The position numbers and the translations under genes were made by a program. A stretch of 64,000 nt of DNA from Anaerolineae bacterium (GTDB taxonomy: Bacteria > Chloroflexota > Anaerolineae > CG2-30-64-16), in the NCBI GenBank assembly GCA_034432655.1, contig DAOUBP010000157.1, positions 6,874 through 70,873 on the forward strand, read 5' to 3'. The number at the start of each line of letters is the position of its first letter. Position 1 is the first letter of the stretch. The notes under the pieces are model-generated. The model saw only the letters and a list, made by a program, of their open reading frames with translations, made no database searches and had not been told where the DNA came from. Positions 7,238 through 17,045 of the stretch are shown piece after piece.

Positions 7238-9493
7238 ATGGCAGACGGCATGATGGGCCGCATCCGGGCGCTTCACGATTGGAAACGGCTCTTGCGCGGG
7301 CTGGTCGGGATCGGGTTGCCGTGCCTCGGCCTGGCGATGACCATCTTCGTGGCCTACAGCGCCTGGCAGTGCCCCAGCTCAGCCTATCCGCAAGACTGTC
7401 CTACACCGGCGCTCATCATTTCCCCCAGCCTGACCGCGCTGGGTTTTCTGGGCACGGCATTTTATGCCTGGCGCGCGCGCCGGCCTGTTTCGGTCGTGGC
7501 CTACTTCTGGGTGGGGAGCATGGCGCTCGTCACCGGACTGTTTTCCGGTGCAAGCCTGGTGATTGCTGCGCCGTTATTCTATACGACCATCGTCTGGCTG
7601 GCTCCTGTCAGTCTCAAAGCACACTTGACGCTGCTCGGGCGCTCGCTCAAGCCGGTTGAGCAGATGCTCCTGGTGATCTCAGTCGCGCTGGCCGTAGTTT
7701 GGACAGCACCGTTGCTCGCGTATGTCGGCCCCGCGCTACCGGCCAGGAACTTGATCAGCAGGCTGTGGGGCGGTGTACTCCTGACCCTGGTCCTCACGCT
7801 TTTCCTCATCCCCATCGTCTTGTGGCGTGGCTATCGTTCGGGCCTGTCTCCCGCGGCCGCCCGGCAGATCCGCTTCGTGGCGGTGGGCAGCAGCCTGGCG
7901 TTCGCGCCGTTGGCCCTACTTTCGATCTTACCTGGCCAATTGGGAAGCCCGATCCAGGTACCTTACGAAATCACTTTCCCCTGGTTGCTGCTGAACCCGT
8001 TGTCCTATCTGTATACGTTCTACCGAGCGCGACTGGCGCGGATGGAACCGCTGATCGACCGGATCGCGGTGGTGTTTCTGCTGACGGTGTTCTTTCTCTC
8101 GACCTACCTGGTCATCGAACCGTTGGTTGCACGCCTGGCGATCCCGTCAGACTACAAATTGTTGGCGGTAACGGTTGCCCTCTTGTTGGGCATCCTGCTG
8201 TTTCGCCGTCTGGAGCGGGTACTCAAGGCGTTTGTCGCCTGGCCGCTTCAGGGGGATCACCCGCCCGGTGTCATTATTGACCGTCTGACCGAAGTGTTCT
8301 CGCTCACTACCGAACATGCCGTGCTTCGGCAGTTGCTGCTTGATCAGCTGCCGCAGACCTTCCGGGCGCTGGCCGAAGTGTTAGCACTGCGGACGCGAGG
8401 CCAGGAACTGGCACTGGAGTATGCTGCACATTGGACACCAGAGAAACGTTTGGGTTGGGCGATGTCCGTCAAAGGGGTGCTGGCAAGCAGGCTGGTCGAG
8501 TTGGCGCGCCCTGTGACGTTCCATGATCTTCAGAGGAGCCTGCCGGACCGCAGTAACCTTACATCGGCCGAGGTCTGCCTGCTCGAGATGCAGCCCGGTT
8601 GGCTTCTTTTACCCCTGGTTTCTGGCGGCGTTTTGCAAGGCATCTTGATCCTGGCCGGCCGGGCTGATGACGATCCCTGGCAAAACGTGGACTTTGAAAC
8701 CTTGACCATCCTGGGGCGTCAGGCCGGCGCGACGATCCACAACTTGCTGCTCCTGGAGCAAATCCGCGCCAGCCGCGATGAACTGGAACGTGTCCATCGT
8801 CAGTTCGTGGTGAGCCAGGATCGCCAGCAACGCCAGCTTGCGCAGGATCTTCATGACGGCGCGGTCCAGCACCTGCTCGGCATCAGTTACCAGTTGGCCG
8901 AGGCTCAACGCCGCGCGGCCCATCCATCGGATACCGCAGCGCCTTCCCTGGAGGAGATTCGGGCGGAGGTGCTGGCTGTCAGCGGGCAGTTGCGCAAGCT
9001 GATCGGCCAACTGCATCCTGCCGGGCTTGATGAGATGGGCCTGGTTGCCGCCCTGGAGGGCTACGTGGCACGGGTGCAGCGGGAAGCCGGGCCGCACGCG
9101 CCGTCGATCCGGCTGGATTTGGACCGTCGCGGCGCCTTCCTGCCGGAAGCGGTGAGCGTCTGCCTCTTTCGGACGGCCCAGGAGGGCATCCGCAACGCCC
9201 TGGAGCACGCTTGCGCGACCCGCATTGATGTGACGCTACGCATCAGTCGCGACGCGGCCGATCTGAGCGTGGAGGACGACGGCTGCGGGTTCCTGATCCC
9301 GGATCGTCTCAGTGAGTTGGCCCAGGCCGATCATTTCGGGTTGGTGGGTGTCGCCGAGCGGGTCGCGTGGATCGGCGGTCAGTTCGAGATACGATCTCAG
9401 CCCGCGAAAGGCGTGACGATTCGCGTCAGTGTGCCGCTGACGCAGAGTGAGGAAACGGATGAGCAGTCTGATCAGGGTAGTGCTGGCGGATGA
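7238..9493 (+). CDS. Sensor histidine kinase (multi-TM N-terminus, HisKA_3 + HATPase_c; NarX/DesK-like)
   Basis: H-box LAQDLHDGAVQHL. ATPase G-boxes DDGCGF and GLVGVAERV. Start set to ATG 7238 just after the upstream stop. Confidence 0.85.
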   Translation: MADGMMGRIRALHDWKRLLRGLVGIGLPCLGLAMTIFVAYSAWQCPSSAYPQDCPTPALIISPSLTALGFLGTAFYAWRARRPVSVVAYFWVGSMALVTGLFSGASLVIAAPLFYTTIVWLAPVSLKAHLTLLGRSLKPVEQMLLVISVALAVVWTAPLLAYVGPALPARNLISRLWGGVLLTLVLTLFLIPIVLWRGYRSGLSPAAARQIRFVAVGSSLAFAPLALLSILPGQLGSPIQVPYEITFPWLLLNPLSYLYTFYRARLARMEPLIDRIAVVFLLTVFFLSTYLVIEPLVARLAIPSDYKLLAVTVALLLGILLFRRLERVLKAFVAWPLQGDHPPGVIIDRLTEVFSLTTEHAVLRQLLLDQLPQTFRALAEVLALRTRGQELALEYAAHWTPEKRLGWAMSVKGVLASRLVELARPVTFHDLQRSLPDRSNLTSAEVCLLEMQPGWLLLPLVSGGVLQGILILAGRADDDPWQNVDFETLTILGRQAGATIHNLLLLEQIRASRDELERVHRQFVVSQDRQQRQLAQDLHDGAVQHLLGISYQLAEAQRRAAHPSDTAAPSLEEIRAEVLAVSGQLRKLIGQLHPAGLDEMGLVAALEGYVARVQREAGPHAPSIRLDLDRRGAFLPEAVSVCLFRTAQEGIRNALEHACATRIDVTLRISRDAADLSVEDDGCGFLIPDRLSELAQADHFGLVGVAERVAWIGGQFEIRSQPAKGVTIRVSVPLTQSEETDEQSDQGSAGG

Positions 9494-10100
9494 TCATCCG
9501 CTGGTCCGCGCCGGTTTGCGAACGGTACTGACCGGCGTGGAGGGCATCCAAATCGTGGGTGAGGCCGTAGACGGCCACGTCGCGCGGCGGATGGTCCAGG
9601 AGCTGCGGCCCGATGTACTGCTACTGGACTTGAGTATGCCCGGCCCGCCGGCGGTGGAGACCATTGCGTGGCTGGCCGAGCATTGCCCCCAGGTCAAAGT
9701 GCTGGCCCTGACCGCATACGACGATGACGCCTACGTGCGCGGCGTGGTGGCAGCGGGTGTACCCGGGTACGTACTCAAGGATGAGGCGCCGGAAGCCGTG
9801 GTCCGCGCGATCCGCGCGGTCATGGAGGGAGACACGTGGTTCAGCCGGCGCGTCGTGGACAAGCTCGTCCGGCTCAGCGTTGATAAGGAAGATGTCCACC
9901 TGACTAAGGTATCGCTGAGCGAGCGAGATGCGGCCGTGCTCAAGTTGATCGCGCGGGGTTGGGACAACAGCCGGATCGCTGCCGAACTTTGCGTCGCCGA
10001 GCCAACCGTGCGCAACTATGTCAGCCGCATCTACACAGCCCTGGGCGTCCGTTCGCGCGCTGAGGCGATCGTGTGGGCGCGGGAGAATGGGTACACGTGA
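9459..10100 (+). CDS. Response regulator, NarL/LuxR family (REC + HTH_LuxR)
   Basis: VVLADDHPLVRAGL and DLSMPG receiver motifs. C-terminal LuxR HTH (LSERDAAVLKLIARGWDNSRIAAEL). Confidence 0.9.
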   Translation: MSSLIRVVLADDHPLVRAGLRTVLTGVEGIQIVGEAVDGHVARRMVQELRPDVLLLDLSMPGPPAVETIAWLAEHCPQVKVLALTAYDDDAYVRGVVAAGVPGYVLKDEAPEAVVRAIRAVMEGDTWFSRRVVDKLVRLSVDKEDVHLTKVSLSERDAAVLKLIARGWDNSRIAAELCVAEPTVRNYVSRIYTALGVRSRAEAIVWARENGYT

Positions 10101-10103
10101 GAC

Positions 10104-10210
10104 GTGTTGCGTGCGTACTGCGTATTGCGTACTGCGTACTGCGTATTGCAGAGCTGCGCGCAGTTGTTAGAGTGCGAGATGAAGTACGCAGTACGCAGTG
10201 CACAGTACAC
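10104..10210. repeat. Heptanucleotide tandem repeat (TGCGTAC/TGCGTAT x~6) followed by inverted copies (GTACGCA x3); hairpin-forming
   Basis: Seen directly between convergent genes; probable bidirectional terminator-like structure. Confidence 0.7.
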
Positions 10211-10225
10211 CGGGTGTCAACGTGC

Positions 10226-10834
10226 TTAGAGCTCCTCTCGTAACCTCGCCAGGATCGCCAACGCTCTCTCCAGCCTCTGCTGGTTCGCCGCCACGTTGAA
10301 CCATTGGCTCGCGCCCGAGGGGTGAGGGAGGGGCACGATGATGCGGCCGTCGCGCTCGAAACAGCCGCCGATCAGGTCGGTCATGGCGGTCCCATTGCCC
10401 AGAAATCTCGCGATCGCCAACGCGCCGATGGGGATGAGCACCCGCGGCTGGATCAGCGCCAGCGCAGCCTCCAGCCAGGGCGCGCAGAGCGCCTGCTCGG
10501 CCCGCGTGGGCACGCGGTCCCCGCGGCCGGCCGGGTGCGGGCCAGGGTAGCACAGGGTGATCGCGGTCATGGCCTGCGTGGCGCGAAACTCGGCCTCGGC
10601 GAAGCCGGCCTCCGCCAGCCAGCGGAAGAGCCGCCGGCCGGCCGGGCCGGAGAAGGGCTGATGCGACACCTCGGCCTCGTGCCGGCCGGGCGCCTGGCCG
10701 ATCGTCATGAAGGTCGCGCCGGGGTGAAGGATGAAGATGGGCGTCGAGCCGATAAAGTAGCCCGCCTCCGCGCAGCGGCGACAAGTGGCGAGAGCGGAAC
10801 AGAGAACGTCGAGAGAAGAGATAGGGACGTTCAA
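10226..10834 (-). CDS. Uracil-DNA glycosylase superfamily protein (family 4/5-like)
   Basis: GQAPG motif and C-terminal HPS motif (PLPHPSGAS). Confidence 0.7.
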   Translation of the reverse strand: MNVPISSLDVLCSALATCRRCAEAGYFIGSTPIFILHPGATFMTIGQAPGRHEAEVSHQPFSGPAGRRLFRWLAEAGFAEAEFRATQAMTAITLCYPGPHPAGRGDRVPTRAEQALCAPWLEAALALIQPRVLIPIGALAIARFLGNGTAMTDLIGGCFERDGRIIVPLPHPSGASQWFNVAANQQRLERALAILARLREEL

Positions 10835-10860
10835 GACATCAGTCTCCCGATTTGCGAACT

Positions 10861-12015
10861 CTACACCACATTGTGCTCCCGCACCAGGTCCCCTTCTGCG
10901 AAGCGGCTGAAGCGGAGCTGACGGATGTCCAAGGTATGCGCATGGCCGTCCAGGATCAGCTCGGCCATCAGCAGGCCGGCGACCGGGCCGTGCATGAAAC
11001 CGTGGCCGCTGAAGCCGGCGACGATGTAAAAGCCCGCAGGGTCGCTCAGCCCGTCAATCACCGGGTGCGCGTCGGGGGTCACTTCGTATAGCCCAGCCCA
11101 CTCGCGCAGCAGGCCGGCCCGCTCCAGCAACGGGAAACGCCACATAGCGGTCTCCAGATGGCGCTCGGTCCAGGCGTGATCCACCGACTGGTCGAAGCCG
11201 GGCTTCTCGTCCGGGTTGGACTGGCCGGTGAGGATGCCCCGGCCCTCTCGATGGAAGTAGAGGCTGCGGCTGAAATCTATGACAAAGGGGAAATCGTCCG
11301 GTATTCCCTGCAGCGGGGTGGTGACCACAATCTGACGGCGCAGCGGCACGATCGGCAAATCCACGCCCGCCAGCGCGGCTACCTGGCCGGCCCACGGCCC
11401 GGCCGCGTTCACGACCGCCCGGGTGGCAATCGTCCCTTGGGAAGTCTCGACTGCAGCCACGCGGCCTGCCTCAACGCGGATGCCGGTGACCTCAACCCCG
11501 GTGAGGATTTGCGCGCCCAACCGCCGGGCCGCGGCCGCGTACCCCTGCACCACCCCGTTGGGGTCGGCCAGGCCGTCCCGCGCATGCCACGCGCCGGCGA
11601 TCACCCCCTCCAGGTTCAACAGGGGCACCTTTGCCCGCACCTCGTCGCGTGAAAGGATACGTGAGGGCACCCCCAGCCGGTTCTGCATGGCCACGTTGGC
11701 GCGAAAGGTCGCCAGATCACGCTCGTTATCCAGCAAGAACAGGTAGCCGGTCCAGCGCAGGTCAATCGCCTGGCCGATCTCTTCCTCGAAACGCTCCAGC
11801 ATGGGCAGGCTCAGCAGCGAGAGGCGCACGTTGATCTCGGTGCTGAACTGGTAGCGGATGCCGCCGGCGCACTTGCCGGTGGCCTCGGTGCCCAGGAACT
11901 CATGTTTCTCCAGCAAGACGATGTTCTGACAGCCACGCACAGCCAGATGGTAGGCAGTGCTGGCCCCCATCACCCCGCCGCCGATAATGACGACATCAGC
12001 AGTTTTCGGTAGCAT
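10861..12015 (-). CDS. FAD-dependent oxidoreductase (DAO family; glycine/sarcosine oxidase-like)
   Basis: N-terminal VVIIGGGVMGASTAYHLA Rossmann motif. GGAGGAG RBS upstream. Confidence 0.85.
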   Translation of the reverse strand: MLPKTADVVIIGGGVMGASTAYHLAVRGCQNIVLLEKHEFLGTEATGKCAGGIRYQFSTEINVRLSLLSLPMLERFEEEIGQAIDLRWTGYLFLLDNERDLATFRANVAMQNRLGVPSRILSRDEVRAKVPLLNLEGVIAGAWHARDGLADPNGVVQGYAAAARRLGAQILTGVEVTGIRVEAGRVAAVETSQGTIATRAVVNAAGPWAGQVAALAGVDLPIVPLRRQIVVTTPLQGIPDDFPFVIDFSRSLYFHREGRGILTGQSNPDEKPGFDQSVDHAWTERHLETAMWRFPLLERAGLLREWAGLYEVTPDAHPVIDGLSDPAGFYIVAGFSGHGFMHGPVAGLLMAELILDGHAHTLDIRQLRFSRFAEGDLVREHNVV

Positions 12016-12028
12016 GTCTCCTCCGAGT

Positions 12029-12130
12029 GAATCAGCGAATGAGCGAATGAGCGAATGAGCGAATCAACGAATCAACGAATCAGCGCATCAGCGAATCGGC
12101 GAATCAGCGAATCAGCGAATCGGCGAATGA
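12029..12130. repeat. Heptanucleotide tandem repeat GCGAAT(C/G) about 14 units
   Basis: Seen directly; intergenic. Confidence 0.8.
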
Positions 12131-12137
12131 CGAAGGT

Positions 12138-12608
12138 TCACGTCCGCAACGTGGCGATCAGCCGCAAGGGATTAAGCAGCAGGTCGAGCGCAGCCAGGAT
12201 GTCGGGCACGACGATGTCGGCCGCGTGAATGGCGTCCAGCGCGGCACCCTCGGGGCCGATCACGGCAATGCCTAGCGCGGCGGCCTGCAGCATCAGTCTG
12301 TCGCTGCGGCCGTTGCCGATGCAGACAGTATTGGCCCGGCCCAACTGGGCAGTGTAGGCCATCTTGGCATGGGCCTGCCCCTCCTTAGGGAGGACCTGAA
12401 CGACGCAGGGCAGGTCGCGCACGGCCGCGACTGCGCCGCCGAAGGTGTCGGCGGTCACCACATGCACATCCATCTGTCGGGAAAGTGCGACGATCCGTCC
12501 GGCCACGCCGGGCAACAAAGCGCCGTCGCAGGCCAGGGTGCCGTTGTAGTCCAGGACGAGATGCGCCAACCGGAGCGCCTTGTCGCCGGGGATCAAAACT
12601 TCGATCAT
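12138..12608 (-). CDS. HAD-superfamily hydrolase (soluble P-type ATPase-like domain)
   Basis: DYNGTL (motif I) and GNGRSD motifs. Confidence 0.65.
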   Translation of the reverse strand: MIEVLIPGDKALRLAHLVLDYNGTLACDGALLPGVAGRIVALSRQMDVHVVTADTFGGAVAAVRDLPCVVQVLPKEGQAHAKMAYTAQLGRANTVCIGNGRSDRLMLQAAALGIAVIGPEGAALDAIHAADIVVPDILAALDLLLNPLRLIATLRT

Positions 12609-12618
12609 CGGGATAGCT

Positions 12619-13470
12619 CTACTTTGCGCTCCGGGCGCGCGCGGCCAGTTCGGCCCACTCCGCGTCGCTCAAGGCCTCCAGCCAGTTGAACTGCCCCGCG
12701 CCCTTCAGCCATTCGCCACCGTCAATGACCACACATTCGCCGTTGATGTAGGCCGCGCCGTCGGAGAGCAAGAACGCGGCCAGATTCGCCAGCTCCTCAT
12801 GACGCCCCACACGTTTGAGCGGGATGCGGCTCAGCGCGCTCTCAGCAAGCGCAGCGCTGGGCATCAGGCGCTCCCATGCGCCAGGGGTGGGAAAAGGGCC
12901 GGGCGCGATGGCGTTCATGGTGATGCCGTATTTGGCCCATTCCACTGCCAGGGAGCGCGTCATGGCCAGCACACCGGCTTTCGCCGCAGCCGAGGGCACC
13001 ACATAGCCCGAACCGGTCCAGGCATAGGTGGTGACGATGTTGAGCACCCGCCCGCCGCGGCCGGCGGCGATCCACCGCTTGCCCAGCGCCAGGGTGCAAT
13101 AGAACGAGCCGTGCAACACGATGCCCAGGATGGCATCCACCGCGCGCGGAGAGAGCCGCTCGGTGGGACTGGCGAAGTTGCCCGCCGCGTTGTTCACCAA
13201 CACGTCAATGCCCTCGTAATGCTCCCAAACAGCGGCCATCATGCGTTCCACAGCCTCGGGATCGCGCACGTCGCACGGTATCGGGAACACTTCGCCCCCG
13301 TGCGCGGCCATCATCTCCGCCGCGGCTGTGCGCAACACCTCTTCCCGCCGGCCGCAGATCGCCAGCCTGGCGCCCAGCTGCAGAAACCGTTCCCCCATGG
13401 CGCGGCCCAGCCCCGTCCCGCCGCCGGTGATCAAGATGACCTTGTCTTTGAGCAAGTCAGGTTGAAACAT
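12619..13470 (-). CDS. SDR family NAD(P)-dependent oxidoreductase
   Basis: ITGGGTGLGRAM cofactor motif; NNAAG. Confidence 0.85.
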   Translation of the reverse strand: MFQPDLLKDKVILITGGGTGLGRAMGERFLQLGARLAICGRREEVLRTAAAEMMAAHGGEVFPIPCDVRDPEAVERMMAAVWEHYEGIDVLVNNAAGNFASPTERLSPRAVDAILGIVLHGSFYCTLALGKRWIAAGRGGRVLNIVTTYAWTGSGYVVPSAAAKAGVLAMTRSLAVEWAKYGITMNAIAPGPFPTPGAWERLMPSAALAESALSRIPLKRVGRHEELANLAAFLLSDGAAYINGECVVIDGGEWLKGAGQFNWLEALSDAEWAELAARARSAK

Positions 13471-13500
13471 GATGACCTCACGCTAAGTGTCACGACTTGC

Positions 13501-13553
13501 GGATTGTGGAGTGCGTAACGCGTGATGCGTAATACGTGATTCGCCGATTCGCT
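13501..13553. repeat. Heptad repeats TGCGTAA x3 + GATTCGC x2
   Basis: Seen directly; intergenic. Confidence 0.6.
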
Positions 13554-14019
13554 ATCTCCCAAAGCTGTCCGGCATGCGCACGCACACCACCTCCCCGCGC
13601 GCGCAGAGCTCGCCCCCCGCCGAAAGGGTGACCTCCAGCGCGACCTTCCGGCCTTTAATCTCCACCGCGCGGCCGCGCAACTCCAGCTCCGCGTCAATGG
13701 GGGTGGGGCGCAGGAAATCCACTTTGAGCGAGGCGGTGACAAAACGGGGAGCCGGGTCCACGCCGATGCGGCAGCCCTCAGCCTGGCCGGCGGCGGCCGC
13801 GGCGGTGCCGGTCGCGTGACAATCTATCAGCGACGCGATCAGCCCACCGTACACATAACCGGGGATAGCGGTGTGGTAGGGACGGGGACGAAAGTGACAG
13901 ATGGCCTCGACCCCGTCCCAATAACTCTTGATCTGCAGGCCGTGCTCGTTCAGCCGGCCGCAACCGTAGCAATGGGCGACGTTCTCAGGGTAAGTGTCTT
14001 GGATGGCAACCTTGTCCAT
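13552..14019 (-). CDS. PaaI-family hotdog thioesterase
   Basis: HGG/YGG-type motif context (CHFRPRPYHTAIPGYVYGGLIASLIDCH). Start chosen at MDKVAIQ. Confidence 0.7.
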   Translation of the reverse strand: MDKVAIQDTYPENVAHCYGCGRLNEHGLQIKSYWDGVEAICHFRPRPYHTAIPGYVYGGLIASLIDCHATGTAAAAAGQAEGCRIGVDPAPRFVTASLKVDFLRPTPIDAELELRGRAVEIKGRKVALEVTLSAGGELCARGEVVCVRMPDSFGR

Positions 14020-14117
14020 CGAAAGCCCTCGCGAGAATACTGGTCCTGCGCCCAAACAGGGCAAGGCTCAGTATCCCCCGAACGGGCAGGTTTGTCAAAG
14101 TGGCAGGGCTCAGGAAA

Positions 14118-15659
14118 TCAGCGGTTGCGGCCGTACGTCTCGTGCGCCGAAACCCAATCCAGCGATGAAATCGCAGCCGCCAGCGAGATCTCGCCGGCCA
14201 GCGCCACCCCGGCCACGATCTCGGCGAACTTGAGCACCTTGCCCTTGCCGTAGCAGCCCAGGATCTCCAGGCACTCGCGCTGGGTGGCCAGGCCGGTGCC
14301 GCCGCCATAGGTGGCCACGATCAACGACGGCAGGGTCAGGGAAAGGTAAAGATCGTGTTCGGGCGTCAGCTCCGAGTAGATGATGCCGGCCGAGGACTCC
14401 GCAACATTGGCCGCATCCTGACCCGTAGCGATAAAGAGGGCTGTGATCGCGTTGGCCGCGTGCAGGCCGTTGTTGTTGGCACCGGACAGAAACGCGCCCA
14501 CGTTGGCCACCCCCGCATGATAGGCGAGTTGTTCCGGCTCCACGCGCAACTGCTGGATCAGCACATCGCGCTTGATGGTGGCCTCGGCGGTGACGCGCTT
14601 GCCGCGCGTGCGCATGATGTTGATCTGTGAAGCTTTCTTGTCCGTGGCGAAGTTGGATTCCAGATAAAAACGCCGGATGCCGGGATAGTTATCAATGATC
14701 CAGCTGCACGCGGCAAAGGTCGCCCGGCCCACCATGTTCTGGCCAGCCGCGTCCCCGGTGTAGAAGTTAAACCGCAGATAGGCGAACTTGTTTGCCAGGA
14801 AAGGATCAATGTAGCGCAGCTTGGCCACATGGGAGGTCGCCTCGGCCTCCTCCCGGATCTTGTCAATATGCTCCTGCACCCAAACCACGAAATCGCGTGC
14901 GCCGCGGGCATCATCGAAGACGAAAACCGGTGCGCGTTGCATGGCATCATCCACCACGGTGCATTTGACGCCGCCGCACTGGTTCAGCACCTTCATACCG
15001 CGGTTGTACGAGGCCACCAGGGTGCCTTCAGCCGTTGCCAGGGGGATGATGAACTCGCCCTGGGCGTGCTCGCCGTTGATCCGCAGCGGGCCGGCAAACC
15101 CCAACGGCACTTGCGCCACGCCGGTAAAATGCTCGCAGTTGCCTTTAGCCAGATGGGGATCGAAGGAGAAATGGGAGATATGTTGCAGTTTGACGCCGCT
15201 GAAACTTTCAACGAACGCCTGCCTGCGCTTCACCACCTCATCGTTGTAGTCGTCCACAGGGTCACGCGGGATGCGGACCTGCGCCTCCTCCGTCTGAGAG
15301 ATGGCGTCTTCCACGGCAAACTGCAACTTGCCGAACGGCCGCGACTCGAACGCAACGACGATGCCGTGCTTGCCGTCCTTCAACGGCTCCACCGCCAATA
15401 CCACATCCACCACCATGCGCAGCGGAAAACTTAATGGGCGGTCGGGCGTGATCTCGGCCGGGGTCAGGCTCCGGCCGTCCGGCAGGATCAGTTTCACAGC
15501 CTGGAGCGGGACGGTGCGGCCATCGAGGACAATGCTGCGCAGGCCCACCAGCTCGGCGTCGCTCAGCCGGTTCTTGATCGAGAAAACGACCCCCTGCGGT
15601 GTGTTCTTCAGGCTGCCCAGGGTATACAACTTCTTCAAAAGCAGACTCGGGATCAACAT
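14118..15659 (-). CDS. Hydroxymethylglutaryl-CoA reductase (class I catalytic domain) with about 110-aa N-terminal extension
   Basis: HMGR motifs ATAEGTLVASYNRG, GDAAGQNMV (DAMGxN-like) and ATYGGGTG (GTVGGGT-like). Confidence 0.85.
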   Translation of the reverse strand: MLIPSLLLKKLYTLGSLKNTPQGVVFSIKNRLSDAELVGLRSIVLDGRTVPLQAVKLILPDGRSLTPAEITPDRPLSFPLRMVVDVVLAVEPLKDGKHGIVVAFESRPFGKLQFAVEDAISQTEEAQVRIPRDPVDDYNDEVVKRRQAFVESFSGVKLQHISHFSFDPHLAKGNCEHFTGVAQVPLGFAGPLRINGEHAQGEFIIPLATAEGTLVASYNRGMKVLNQCGGVKCTVVDDAMQRAPVFVFDDARGARDFVVWVQEHIDKIREEAEATSHVAKLRYIDPFLANKFAYLRFNFYTGDAAGQNMVGRATFAACSWIIDNYPGIRRFYLESNFATDKKASQINIMRTRGKRVTAEATIKRDVLIQQLRVEPEQLAYHAGVANVGAFLSGANNNGLHAANAITALFIATGQDAANVAESSAGIIYSELTPEHDLYLSLTLPSLIVATYGGGTGLATQRECLEILGCYGKGKVLKFAEIVAGVALAGEISLAAAISSLDWVSAHETYGRNR

Positions 15660-15788
15660 GGCATCCTCCCCACCTCATAGAATAACCGGCCGCAGGCTAG
15701 CGATGAAGACCGCAACAACGGCACCTATTGCATAGTGCCCGTGATGATATTGTGTTTTATTCGCAATGTCAATTTTGAGAAGAGAGGT

Positions 15789-17015
15789 TTATTCCAGCGT
15801 GAGGCGCGTCACGCGCCAGTGGACGTCGGCCGTGACCTGTTGGTTGGCGATGCTGATCAAGCGGGCCACAACCCAGCGGGGCTCGCTTGCACCGTTGAAG
15901 ACAACTGCAGCCTGCACTACAGCTTCTTCGGCACCGCACCACCATTTGGCGTCCTCCGAGTCTTGCACCATATCGAGGGGGCACTCCGCACCCTGGCCGG
16001 GGATTGCGACAACCACGCCCTGATTGATCACCGAGACGATCCGCAACGGCTGGCGGTTGGCTGTGCCCAAGGCGGCCAGGCCAGGATCCAGGAAAGCATT
16101 CTTGGTCAGAAAGCTATTACCGGTGGGGCTGCCGTCAGACCTCGGGTTGGCGCCACGCAATAAAGCGACGAGCACGGCTTCGGGGTAGACCGGATCGTTG
16201 GGCGTGCCGAAACAGAAGTCAATGGTGAAACCGGAGGTCTTCTCTATGAAATTCAGCTCCTCCAACTCCCCCGAGCGTTCAAAACGCCTTACTTCGCAGA
16301 GCAAGCTACGGTGGTTCGCCAGTCGGTCGTAAGTGGTCACCTCGGTGACTGGCGTCGCAGGATCGGTGGCCCCGGGAGCGTCTACGCGAGCATTCCCGAT
16401 GAAATGCACACCCTGGTATCCCTCCTGAGGGTTTCGCCAGCGGAAGATGGAGAGGCGGGTGGGCAGCGGTAAATAGCTGTAACCCAGAAAATACAGCTCC
16501 TCAGCGCGGCACTGGGTGGTGGCCCTCCGATCCGCCCTCTGCCCCGGTGCATAAGGATAGAATTTGACATCGGTCTCGCCCAGGTAACCCTGGCCCTTGC
16601 CGAGATAGTAGTCCGGCAACAACTTATAGGGCACCAGGAGGGCGGGGCGATACGGGCTGAGGTTGCCCAGCGCCTGGGGTACCCGGTTGACCTGTGCATC
16701 GTACACCACACCGCCGATGAGGCTATAGCCGACCTGGCCTCCGCGCGCCGCGTAAACGTTGGTCACTGCTGAATTATCGTACCGATAGAGCACCAGCCAC
16801 TCGGTTTCATCATCGCGATCCAGATCGCACGCCTGCGGTTGTCCATCCAACGGCGTCCAACTGTCAGGAATGATCTTGCGCAGCTCGATGGGGATTTGGG
16901 CCTGCTGCGAGGTGAGCGCGCCCAGGAGCCCGCGCTGGCGCAGCAACAACACCAGGATCAAAACCAGCACGATCAAGATAATCGCGAAGATGATGCCGCT
17001 GCGTCCTTTGGGCAT
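15789..17015 (-). CDS. Hypothetical membrane-anchored/secreted protein
   Basis: N-terminal TM/signal (GIIFAIILIVLVLILVLLL). No recognised domain. Lies downstream of lon. Confidence 0.45.
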   Translation of the reverse strand: MPKGRSGIIFAIILIVLVLILVLLLRQRGLLGALTSQQAQIPIELRKIIPDSWTPLDGQPQACDLDRDDETEWLVLYRYDNSAVTNVYAARGGQVGYSLIGGVVYDAQVNRVPQALGNLSPYRPALLVPYKLLPDYYLGKGQGYLGETDVKFYPYAPGQRADRRATTQCRAEELYFLGYSYLPLPTRLSIFRWRNPQEGYQGVHFIGNARVDAPGATDPATPVTEVTTYDRLANHRSLLCEVRRFERSGELEELNFIEKTSGFTIDFCFGTPNDPVYPEAVLVALLRGANPRSDGSPTGNSFLTKNAFLDPGLAALGTANRQPLRIVSVINQGVVVAIPGQGAECPLDMVQDSEDAKWWCGAEEAVVQAAVVFNGASEPRWVVARLISIANQQVTADVHWRVTRLTLE

Positions 17016-17045
17016 GGATCAACTCCAAATCTGAGCGCGCCGGGT

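Noticed and set aside
10104-12130. Possibility that the tandem repeats are CRISPR arrays
   Set aside because: Units are 7 nt with no unique spacers, no cas genes are nearby, and repeats occur inside ORFs.
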